Shown here one piece after another: positions 16,390-23,815 of a stretch of 23,815 nucleotides of DNA. Below the pieces are notes generated by a model. The model saw nothing but the letters and a program-made list of their open reading frames with translations, made no database searches and was not told where the DNA came from. The stretch lies in the NCBI GenBank assembly GCA_039208875.1, contig JBCCQU010000001.1, positions 1 through 23,815 of the forward strand. Direction: 5' to 3'. The position numbers and the translations under genes were made by a program. The DNA comes from Planctomycetota bacterium. Its GTDB lineage: Bacteria; Planctomycetota; Phycisphaerae; Phycisphaerales; UBA1924. How positions within the stretch are numbered: position 1 is the first letter of the stretch; every line of letters starts with the position of its first letter.

Positions 16390-18216
16390 CTAGAACGGTG
16401 CCGGCTCGTCGCCACCCATCGGCGGCGGGGGCAGGTCGGGATCGTCATCGAAATACGACTCGTCGGGCAGGTCGGTCGGCTCATCGTCTACGGGTGTGTC
16501 CGGCACATCGTCGACCGACCAGCCGCCGCCACTGGCGCCGCTGCCCCGATCAAAGTCGGTCGGCCCGCCGCCGTCGCGATGGTTCGCAGCGGGTCCGGTG
16601 CGCTCGCGGTGGCCGAACGCAGAGCCAACGCCGCCTCCAGTAGCTGCGCCTGCTCCGACTTGCGGATAGCCGCCGCCGCTCGGCCCGGGCTGCGAGCCCT
16701 GGCTGTAGCTGTCCGGCAAGCCACCGGGCACGGCACCGGGATAGTCGGTGTGGTTGCGGAAGCGGGTGGTCTTGTTGTCCCACGTCAGTTTGACGACGCC
16801 GGTCGGGCCGTTGCGCTGCTTGGCGATGATGAGCTCGGCGAGGTTGGCTTTGTCGGGGTTTTCGTCCAGCCAGTCCGGATCGTTCTTGTGGTAGTACTCC
16901 TCGCGGTGCAGCAGCATCACGACGTCGGCGTCCTGCTCGATCGAGCCAGATTCGCGGAGGTCGCTCATGCGCGGGCGGTTACCCTCTCTTTGTTCGGTGC
17001 CGCGGTTGAGCTGCGCGAGGCAAACCACGGGTAGCCGAAGCTCTCGGGCTAGCGCCTTGATGCCGCGGCTGATGGTCGCGACCTCGATCTGTCGGCTTTC
17101 GCGCGCCGCACCGGGCGAGGTGAGCAACTGCAGGTAGTCGATGACGATGCAGCCGATGCCGTGCTGGGCGACGAGCCGGCGCGAACGTGCGCGCAATTGA
17201 AGGATTGTCAGCGCGGGCGTGTCGTCGATGAACAGCGGCGCTTGCTTGAGTTCGTCACAGGCTTTGATGACCGCTTGGCCGTCGGGCGCGATCTGGCCCG
17301 TGCGTAGCCTTTGCAGATCGACACGCGAGCGCGATGAGATCATGCGTTGCGCGAGGGCGCTCTTCGACATCTCGAGACTGAAGACGAGCGTTGAGACCTT
17401 CTTGCCGCGCTGCACGATGCCGTCGCCGCCGGTCGCGATCTGCTCGGCCAGGTTCAGCGCGAGCGCGGTTTTGCCCATGGATGGTCGGGCTGCGAGGATG
17501 ATCATCTCGCCGGGCTGCAGGCCGCTGAGCTTGTCGTCGAGGTCATCGAAGCCGGTGGGGATGCCGGTGTGCGGCTTGCCCTCCATCTCCTCGAGCCGTT
17601 GCAGCTCTTCCTGCAGGATGATCTCGAGCGCCTGCGTGTCGTTGCGGCCGGGCTCGTCGGCGATCTCGAAGATCGCGGACTGGGCCTTGTCCAGCACCTC
17701 GCGCACGCCGTTGGGACCGAGCTGGCCTGCATGAAACGCGTCGTACAGCATCTCGCCGGCCGAGTGAATGAGCCGCCGCAGCCGGGCTTTGTCCGCGACG
17801 AGCCGTGCGTAGTGCGTGGCGTTGGCAGCCGACGGCACGTGCTCCGCAAGCTCGACCAGATACTCCGCGCCGCCGACGTCTTTGAGTTGGTCAGCGTCGC
17901 GCATGCGGTCGACGAGTTGCACGAGGTCGAGCGAGCGAGTCTCGTCGTAGATCTCGACGAGCCACTTGTAGATCACGCCGTGCTTGCCGACGTAGAAGTC
18001 GTCGGCCGACTTCGTGAAGTCGATCACCTCCATGATCATGTTGGGATCGAGAATCAGCGAGCCGAGCAGCGCCTTCTCAGCCTCGATGGAGTGGGGCGGC
18101 AGACGGTCGAACAACTGATCGATGTTGAACCGTGGCCCGCGGTCGGACTTGCCGCGACGACCCCGACCATCTCCCTGGTCGGTCACCTCGATCTCTTGTC
18201 CGATGCCGTCCTGCAT
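16390..18216 (-). CDS. dnaB: replicative DNA helicase DnaB with a C-terminal low-complexity extension of about 110 aa
   Basis: ORF to 18336. I prefer the ATG at 18216 (MQDGIGQ...). It has the DnaB N-terminal domain (PPHSIEAEKALLGSLILDPN), Walker A (AARPSMGKTALALN), the RecA-like core and KQRNGPTGVVKLTWDNKTTRF. After ...RFRNHTDYPG comes a Gly/Pro/Asp-rich tail ending DDDPDLPPPPMGGDEPAPF. Confidence 0.9.
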   Translation of the reverse strand: MQDGIGQEIEVTDQGDGRGRRGKSDRGPRFNIDQLFDRLPPHSIEAEKALLGSLILDPNMIMEVIDFTKSADDFYVGKHGVIYKWLVEIYDETRSLDLVQLVDRMRDADQLKDVGGAEYLVELAEHVPSAANATHYARLVADKARLRRLIHSAGEMLYDAFHAGQLGPNGVREVLDKAQSAIFEIADEPGRNDTQALEIILQEELQRLEEMEGKPHTGIPTGFDDLDDKLSGLQPGEMIILAARPSMGKTALALNLAEQIATGGDGIVQRGKKVSTLVFSLEMSKSALAQRMISSRSRVDLQRLRTGQIAPDGQAVIKACDELKQAPLFIDDTPALTILQLRARSRRLVAQHGIGCIVIDYLQLLTSPGAARESRQIEVATISRGIKALARELRLPVVCLAQLNRGTEQREGNRPRMSDLRESGSIEQDADVVMLLHREEYYHKNDPDWLDENPDKANLAELIIAKQRNGPTGVVKLTWDNKTTRFRNHTDYPGAVPGGLPDSYSQGSQPGPSGGGYPQVGAGAATGGGVGSAFGHRERTGPAANHRDGGGPTDFDRGSGASGGGWSVDDVPDTPVDDEPTDLPDESYFDDDPDLPPPPMGGDEPAPF

Positions 18217-18320
18217 ACGCGTTCCTTCGCGGCCGGGCCTCGGCTGCTTCCGTGCAGAGCTTCCGGCAGCAGCGGCGTGCGGGTCGTGCAGCGCCAACAA
18301 CCGACAAGCTCTTGCACAGG

Positions 18321-18329
18321 TTATCCACG
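18321..18329. promoter_or_regulatory. DnaA-box-like 9-mer TTATCCACG in the dnaB/pdxH divergent intergenic region
   Basis: It matches the TTATNCACA consensus at 8 of 9 positions. It lies about 105 bp upstream of the dnaB start and about 26 bp upstream of the pdxH ATG. It is a single AT-rich word in GC-rich DNA. Confidence 0.3.
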
Positions 18330-18354
18330 AGGGCAACGCGGCATATCGTCAGGC

Positions 18355-19026
18355 ATGGCCGATAGCTTTCTCGACACGTTCAGCCCGCACAACACCTTGC
18401 CCGAGGATCTGCCAGCCGATCCGTTCCCGCTGTTTCAGCGGTGGTTCGACGAGGCCCGCGAGAGCGGCGACCAACCCAACCCCAACGCGATGACGCTGGC
18501 CACGGTGGATGCCGACGGCACGCCGTCCGCCCGCATCGTGCTGTGCAAAGCGATCGAGGCCGACGCGGGCGTGGTGCGATTCTTCACGAATTACGCGGGC
18601 CGCAAGGGGAGATCGCTCGATAACGAGCCGCGGGCCGCGGTGGTCTTTCACTGGGATCACCCCGATCGGCAGGTGCGCATGGAAGGCCGCGTGACCAAGT
18701 CGTCAGCCGAGGTGAGCGACGCGTATTACGCGAGCCGGGCGTGGGAGAGTCGGCTCGGGGCGTGGGCGAGTCGGCAGTCGGAGCCGCTCACGAGCCGCGA
18801 GCAGTTGCTCGAGCAAGTCGTCGAGGCCGTGTCGCAGCTCGATGTCGATATCGCGGGGCTGATGAACGGGCAGGAAGTCGATCTGCCGAGGCCGCCGCAC
18901 TGGGGCGGGTTTGATCTGCGGGCCGAGGCTGTGGAGCTGTGGCTCGGTGGCCCGGGCCGGGTGCACGACCGCGCCCGCTGGGAGCGAACCGGCGACGGCT
19001 GGTCGTCGACGCGGTTGCAGCCGTAG
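18355..19026 (+). CDS. pdxH: pyridoxamine/pyridoxine 5'-phosphate oxidase (PdxH)
   Basis: The ATG at 18355 (MADSFLDT...) lies within the longer track ORF 17569..19026. NPNAMTLATVDADGTPSARIVLCK...VVFHWDHPDRQVRMEGRV...WGGFDLRAEAVELW... matches PNPOx family motifs, and the 223-aa length is typical. Confidence 0.85.
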   Translation: MADSFLDTFSPHNTLPEDLPADPFPLFQRWFDEARESGDQPNPNAMTLATVDADGTPSARIVLCKAIEADAGVVRFFTNYAGRKGRSLDNEPRAAVVFHWDHPDRQVRMEGRVTKSSAEVSDAYYASRAWESRLGAWASRQSEPLTSREQLLEQVVEAVSQLDVDIAGLMNGQEVDLPRPPHWGGFDLRAEAVELWLGGPGRVHDRARWERTGDGWSSTRLQP

Positions 19027-19029
19027 GCG

Positions 19030-21735
19030 TTAGTCCGCGATGCGCCGCTGAGGGCGATCGCCGTAGTGCTTGCGGATCGCCCGCGCGAGTTCGCGGATGG
19101 TCATCGGCCGAACGCCCATGCGACTTCGGCGTGCGCCGATCGCGAACAGCAGCTTCCATTGCCTCGCAAGCGTGAGGTAGCTGCGCCACACCGGCCACGA
19201 CGGGTCGTAGATGTTGGTTGATTCGCTGGTGTTGCCGTTCAGCTCGACGATGCCGAAGCCCTCGCCGCGTTTGAGCGCATCGTCGGTGTCGTAACGCAGG
19301 TCGAATCGGCCGAAGTCGAGCCCGGTATCGCCGAACTTGAACGGATAGCTGGTGTGCTTCGCGGTGTAGCTCGCGACGACATCGGTGAGCGCAGCCTCGA
19401 GGGCGGGCGTGATGAGGTCTTCGCCATCGGAGAACAGCGCGCCCTGCGCGTGATTGCCAGCTTTGCCGAGAGAAACGACGCTGCTGTTCTTCGGGATTTC
19501 GTCGCGGCGCGCGCCCAGGCGTTGCATGAACACATCGGCCTGCCGGCGGTAGCGTTTGTGCGCGTAGATCAGTTGCTCAAGTGTGCGCTTGCCGTCGCCG
19601 ATCACCGCGGGGAATGTCTTGCGATTGATGCTGAAGATGCAGCCCTTGCCGGCGTCGTCTCGATACCACAGCACGCCGGCCTCGTTCGGACCCGGGTGAT
19701 ACCGCTGAATCACCATCGGCCGATGGTCGTTGCGCAGCACGTCGAGCAGCGTGTCGGGATCGGCAACGAAGCGCACGCCGACGCCGCGCTGTCCGGCGTC
19801 CGGCTTGAGGATGATGCCCGGCGCGTCGCCGCGAAGCTCCGGTTGCGAAGCGGTGATCGTTCGCACACGCGTGGCCCGTTCTTCGGGCGTGCCGCCGGCT
19901 GGCAGCAGCGCGTGCGGCAGGGCGCCCGGATGGTCGAAGCCGGACATGATCTCGTGCTTGCTCTCGCCGATGACGCCGCCGCCATCGGGGATGCCGGGGT
20001 TGGACGATGTCCATGTCATCGGGCCGCCGTGCCGGGCTGCGAGCCACACCAGATACGGCACGATCGGCAGATACAGCAGCCATGTCGGCCAATACTCGTG
20101 GTGGATGATGCGTTCGATGTCCGCGATCAGCCGTGCGCGCCCGGCGGGCGTGACGCACAGCAACAAGCCGCGGCTCGCGATGTATCCCGGATAGATCGAC
20201 ACGAGCGCGACCCAGCCCGCGGCCAGTCCGGTCGCCGCAGCGATCGCGGTGCCGATGGCGAACGCTGGGAGAATCGCAGCGGCTGTCCACAACACGCAAC
20301 CGAGCACCGCGCCGGCTGCCCAGCGCGGGCCGGGCGCTGCGACCTCGCGGCCTGCAGCCAGTCCGTCGCTGCGCTCCCAAGGCCGGAACCGGAGCGCAAA
20401 CGACCACACAAACGGACGTCCATCGCTGCGCGCGTGCCAGAGCGTGCGCGCATCGTCGGTCAAGCGATGGCGTCTGCCGACGAGCTCGAGCATGGCGAGA
20501 AACGCAGCGACGCTCGCGACGCCGATGTCGAGCCAGACCGCAGCGACGAGCGAGCCAAGCACAGCCGATCCGAGTTCGGGCTTCCACCACACAAGCAACG
20601 CGAACACCGGCACCAGCGACCACCACGGCGCAAGGCGTAAGCCGAGTTCGAGCCATGTCGGTGGCGGCACCGGCGCGAGGTCGATCGCTGTGCGCACGGG
20701 CTCGACGCCCGGCATGTCGTGACGCTCAAGAAACGGCACGAGATGCGACGCTGTTGCCTCGGGCTGAACGAACGGCAGGAAGTGGCTGGCGTCCATCATC
20801 ACAAGGCGTGATGTTGGGATGAGATCGTGATGCGCTTCGGCGCCCCATGCCGGCGTGAGAAAGTCATCGCGGCCGTGCAGCACGAGTGTCGGCACGGTGA
20901 GCTGTTCCATAATTGCGCGCAGCGGCCGTTGATCGGTATCCCAGAAGTTTCGGATGAATGCGAGCCTTCCCTCGTGCGGGCCGAAGAGGCCGAAGTGGGG
21001 GAGGAGATCGGGGCCGATCGCGATGGCGATGTAGCCGAGCGCGTACTTGGCGTGCTCGAAGAAGTAGTCGCCCGAGCCCTCGGCTTCTTGCAAGCCGACC
21101 GACGCGAGCATCGTGAGTGACGCGAGCCGATCGGCATTGTTGTCGGCCATGTGCAGCGCAACGCCGCCGCCGTTCGACCAACCAACGATGTGCGCTCGAT
21201 CGATGCCGAGCTCGTCGAGCAAGGCCTGTGCGTAGCGGGCGTGCGCAGCGATCGAGTAATCCGGGATGCGCCAGTCCGACCAGCCAAAGCCGGGCAGGTC
21301 GGGCGCGATGACGTGGTAGCCGGCGTCGGCGAGCAACGGCCCGAGATACTCGAAATTGGCGCCCATGCCGGGCGAGCCGTGGAGCAGCAGCACCGGAGGA
21401 CGGCCGCTGCGCTTGATGGCGTCGCGTGCCGCGTCGAGGTTGCTGCCTTCGCCGCCGCCCGCAGCCAACCACGTGCGCATCTCGACCTCGGCTTCGCCCC
21501 AATATTCAAAGGTCATGCGCACGGTATCGGCGTCTGCTACAGGGCCGTTCGCATCGAACGCTGGCACCGTGAGGTTGTACCGTTTGTCGGTCGGCAGGCG
21601 ATCGGGCAGCGACGCGGACGAGATGTTCCACGAGATCGCGACGAGGATCGCGTAGACGATGAGGCCGAGGGCAACTTTCGTGCGCACGTCGTAACGCCAT
21701 GCGCGCAGCCGGTCTTGCCACGAACTTGCGCTCAT
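19030..21735 (-). CDS. membrane fusion protein: N-terminal alpha/beta-hydrolase, central polytopic TM region, C-terminal ATP-grasp (RimK-like amidoligase) domain
   Basis: The ATG at 21735 overlaps the rlmN TGA (ATGA). The N-terminal TM helix is followed by the hydrolase fold: VLLLHGSPGMGANFEYLGP, nucleophile elbow HIVGWSNGGGVALHMA (GxSxG), LVLHGRDDFLTP (Asp), MMDASHFLPF (His). Residues ~370-600 carry several hydrophobic helices. The C-terminus shows GIILKPDAGQRGVGVRFV (ATP-grasp phosphate loop) and FGIVELNGNTSEST (E-x-N Mg site). Confidence 0.7.
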   Translation of the reverse strand: MSASSWQDRLRAWRYDVRTKVALGLIVYAILVAISWNISSASLPDRLPTDKRYNLTVPAFDANGPVADADTVRMTFEYWGEAEVEMRTWLAAGGGEGSNLDAARDAIKRSGRPPVLLLHGSPGMGANFEYLGPLLADAGYHVIAPDLPGFGWSDWRIPDYSIAAHARYAQALLDELGIDRAHIVGWSNGGGVALHMADNNADRLASLTMLASVGLQEAEGSGDYFFEHAKYALGYIAIAIGPDLLPHFGLFGPHEGRLAFIRNFWDTDQRPLRAIMEQLTVPTLVLHGRDDFLTPAWGAEAHHDLIPTSRLVMMDASHFLPFVQPEATASHLVPFLERHDMPGVEPVRTAIDLAPVPPPTWLELGLRLAPWWSLVPVFALLVWWKPELGSAVLGSLVAAVWLDIGVASVAAFLAMLELVGRRHRLTDDARTLWHARSDGRPFVWSFALRFRPWERSDGLAAGREVAAPGPRWAAGAVLGCVLWTAAAILPAFAIGTAIAAATGLAAGWVALVSIYPGYIASRGLLLCVTPAGRARLIADIERIIHHEYWPTWLLYLPIVPYLVWLAARHGGPMTWTSSNPGIPDGGGVIGESKHEIMSGFDHPGALPHALLPAGGTPEERATRVRTITASQPELRGDAPGIILKPDAGQRGVGVRFVADPDTLLDVLRNDHRPMVIQRYHPGPNEAGVLWYRDDAGKGCIFSINRKTFPAVIGDGKRTLEQLIYAHKRYRRQADVFMQRLGARRDEIPKNSSVVSLGKAGNHAQGALFSDGEDLITPALEAALTDVVASYTAKHTSYPFKFGDTGLDFGRFDLRYDTDDALKRGEGFGIVELNGNTSESTNIYDPSWPVWRSYLTLARQWKLLFAIGARRSRMGVRPMTIRELARAIRKHYGDRPQRRIAD

Positions 21736-22871
21736 GGCGTGGTGAGGCCGACGTAGCGTCGCTTGCGGATGTGTGCTGCCCCGAGCTGGCCGCAGGCTGC
21801 CATTTGCGATCGGCCTTTGGTCCGGCGTCGCTTGACGAACACGCCGCGATCAATGAGGTCGGCGATGAAGCGTTCCACATCTTCTTCGTTGGGGGCGGGC
21901 CACGGCGAGTTGCGGCGCGGGTTGTACGGGATGACGTTCACGAGGCCGCGCGGCACGGGCGTGTCGCTGCTCGAAAGCCAGGGCGAGAGATAGTCGGCCA
22001 GCTCGTGCGCATGCTCGGTGCGGTCGTTCACGCCGGGGATGAGCACGTATTCGAAGCACAGCTTCTTGCCCGGGCCGAGCGGGACTTGGAGCAGCGCATC
22101 GCGCAGGTCGGCCATCGGCATCGTGCGGTTGATCGGCATGATCTCGTTGCGCACATCGTCGTTGGGTGCGTTGACGCTGATGGCTAGACCGAGCCGATGC
22201 CATCCGGGTTGTTGCATCGCGCGGGCGAGCTTGCGGATGCCATCGACGCGGCCGACGGTCGAGACGGTGATCTTGCTCATCGGGATCGCGGGGCCGTGGT
22301 GGTCCGTGAGTATGGCGATGGCATCGATGACCGCGGCGGGATTGTCCATCGGCTCGCCCATGCCCATGAACACGATGTTGTTGATGACGGTCGGCTCGGT
22401 GAACGGCGTGCCGAAGCGGGCGTTGAACCATTGCGCGACGATCTCGTCGACGGTGAGTGATCGGATGAGGCCCATCTGCGCGGTCTCGCAGAAGCCGCAG
22501 CCCATGCCGCATCCAACTTGCGAGCTGACGCAGAGCGTGCTGGTGCGCGCACCGCGGCGGCCGATCATCGGGATGATGACCGATTCGACCTCAAGGTGTT
22601 CGACTCGTCCATCGCCGGCGATCGGGCCCTTGCTCGGGCGATCGACGCGGGTGAGAAACTTGGTCGTGACGCCCTCGGGTGTGTCCTCGCTGTGCGCACC
22701 GGTGACGGGCAGCGATGCATGCGGCTGGGGCAGCTTGCCGTGCCGGAGCGCGTCGTGATAGAGCTTCATCGCGCCGGGCCGTTTGATGCCGAGCTCGAGG
22801 CACGCAGCCGCGAAGCGATCGTGCGTCATCGCGAGCGGGTTGGGCACGGGTTTGGCTGCACCGATCGTCAC
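21732..22871 (-). CDS. rlmN: 23S rRNA (adenine2503-C2)/tRNA methyltransferase, radical SAM (RlmN)
   Basis: LCVSSQVGCGMGCGFCETAQMG is the RlmN/Cfr radical-SAM CxxxCxxC context. MGMGEP, VSTVG and the C-terminal MAACGQL are conserved RlmN motifs. The start is GTG at 22871 or the internal ATG at 22829 (MTHDRFAAACLELG...). Confidence 0.85.
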   Translation of the reverse strand: MTIGAAKPVPNPLAMTHDRFAAACLELGIKRPGAMKLYHDALRHGKLPQPHASLPVTGAHSEDTPEGVTTKFLTRVDRPSKGPIAGDGRVEHLEVESVIIPMIGRRGARTSTLCVSSQVGCGMGCGFCETAQMGLIRSLTVDEIVAQWFNARFGTPFTEPTVINNIVFMGMGEPMDNPAAVIDAIAILTDHHGPAIPMSKITVSTVGRVDGIRKLARAMQQPGWHRLGLAISVNAPNDDVRNEIMPINRTMPMADLRDALLQVPLGPGKKLCFEYVLIPGVNDRTEHAHELADYLSPWLSSSDTPVPRGLVNVIPYNPRRNSPWPAPNEEDVERFIADLIDRGVFVKRRRTKGRSQMAACGQLGAAHIRKRRYVGLTTP

Positions 22872-22901
22872 GCCGCGATGGTATCCGGGCGCGGCGGCGA
22901 G

Positions 22902-23726
22902 TTAGTTGTCGGTGGCAGCGGCGCTGGTCTGGCCGCTGTCGGTTGTGCGATCGCGCTTGGGCTGCGCGGTTGGCGAGCGATCGACCATGGAATCGAGCAT
23001 GGTGCCGATGAGCGCGACGGTCTCGGCGTTGCCGTCGGCTTGGCCGCCGCCGCCTTGATTGACCATGACGCGTGGCGTGATCTCGATGGCGTTGTCGCCG
23101 ACGATCTTGAGGAGCTCGACGAGGGCTGCGTTGCCGGCGCCGATCTGCTCGGAGACCAAGCGGAACGCCTCGGCTCGTGCTGAGGCTTCGATCTGGATGG
23201 CCTCGGCCTCGGCTTGCGCCTCGATGATGCGTTTCTGCTGCGACTGCTCGGCGATTTGCACCTCGTAGCTGGCTGTGGCGAGGCGGCGCTCCTCCTCGGC
23301 TTCTTGCTCGGTGCGTGTCAGTTCCTTTTTCTGCTCGGCTGCTCGCTGCTGTTCTTGGAAGGTGATTTGCTCTTGAAGCGCGATTTCGCGATCGGTTTGT
23401 GTCTTCAGCAGCGGGGCGAGGTCCGGATCGTTGGTGCCGACGTCGCCGATGCGCACAGCAACGATGGACACGCCGCGTTCGGCCATCTCGTCGCGGAGCA
23501 TCGAGAGCGATTGGCTCTCTTGCTGCGAGCGCTGCTGCACGTAGTCGAGTGCCTTCACGTCTTCGGCGTTGTTGCGGAATATGGCGCGGACGGATGAGTT
23601 CAGCGGGTTGACGACTTTCTCTCGGTCGTCGCCGAGCTTGGCAATGACGACCGGTGCGAGCGATGGCTCGATGGCGTACTCGACGCGGACATCGACGGGA
23701 AAGGTAAAGCCGTCGCTTGTGCGCAC
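22902..23726 (-). CDS. SPFH/band-7 (flotillin/HflC-like) domain protein, apparently interrupted; coding continues upstream to the window edge
   Basis: The track ORF starts at GTG 23726, but the same frame stays open from 23815 down to a TAA at 23742-23744, reading ...VSIVSNEVRILYFTAGRAGQGTD*QRPITVRTSDGFTFPVDVRVEYAI.... The body shows the band-7 pattern (T.DG...V.VDV.V.Y.I), then a coiled-coil (EQQRAAEQKKELTRTEQEAEEERR; IEAQAEAEAIQIEASARAEA) and a Ser/Thr-rich tail. Confidence 0.65.
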   Translation of the reverse strand: MRTSDGFTFPVDVRVEYAIEPSLAPVVIAKLGDDREKVVNPLNSSVRAIFRNNAEDVKALDYVQQRSQQESQSLSMLRDEMAERGVSIVAVRIGDVGTNDPDLAPLLKTQTDREIALQEQITFQEQQRAAEQKKELTRTEQEAEEERRLATASYEVQIAEQSQQKRIIEAQAEAEAIQIEASARAEAFRLVSEQIGAGNAALVELLKIVGDNAIEITPRVMVNQGGGGQADGNAETVALIGTMLDSMVDRSPTAQPKRDRTTDSGQTSAAATDN

Positions 23727-23815
23727 GGTGATGGGGCGTTGTTAGTCGGTGCCTTGGCCGGCGCGGCCCGCGGTGAAGTAGAGGATGCGAACTTCGTTGG
23801 ACACGATGGAAACGG

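Noticed and set aside
18441-18623. Small overlapping ORFs inside pdxH and other genes (60-120 aa entries in the track)
   Set aside because: They are embedded in confidently assigned genes in other frames and show no conserved motifs.
1-23815. Mobile elements, CRISPR arrays, tRNA/rRNA genes, prophage or integrase signatures
   Set aside because: There are no transposase or integrase-like translations, no direct-repeat/spacer arrays and no tRNA-like cloverleaf candidates in the four small intergenic gaps. The window looks like core chromosome.

Overview
This is a GC-rich bacterial chromosomal segment of about 23.8 kb, roughly two-thirds G+C by eye. Genes inferred from the ORF track show the strong G/C third-position bias expected in such a genome. 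I support 16 protein-coding genes, packed almost without gaps; only four intergenic spaces exceed 25 bp. I see no rRNA, tRNA, CRISPR array, transposase or integrase.

Window contents, left to right:
- The 3' end of murF and a complete mraY, a truncated dcw fragment with no murD, ftsW or murG after it.
- Seven minus-strand genes, each overlapping the next by 4 bp, spanning about 14738 to 1920. They are a DUF58 protein, a BatA_N double-TM VWA-like membrane protein, a VWA plus GATase1-like membrane protein, a 1301-aa DUF4175-like coiled-coil membrane giant with Gly and poly-Gln low complexity, a secreted acidic poly-Gln protein, a secreted prenyltransferase/squalene-oxidase-repeat (QW-motif) protein, and a secreted hypothetical protein. 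This is a Bat/MoxR-type VWA system with no adjacent MoxR ATPase gene and with unusual passengers.
- A secreted six-loop EF-hand protein.
- A small TM2-domain protein.
- dnaB with a Gly/Pro/Asp-rich C-terminal extension of about 110 aa.
- pdxH.
- A minus-strand trio: an interrupted SPFH/band-7 gene, then rlmN, then a 901-aa fusion of alpha/beta-hydrolase, polytopic membrane region and ATP-grasp, coupled to rlmN by an ATGA overlap.

The best candidates for an undescribed system are the MoxR-less Bat-like operon with its QW-repeat and poly-Q passengers, and the membrane hydrolase/ATP-grasp fusion.

Gene content and architecture (a fragmented dcw cluster, BatA_N/GATase-like membrane proteins) suggest a Planctomycetota-like organism. 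That is inference only. All family assignments rest on motifs read by eye, because no searches could be run.
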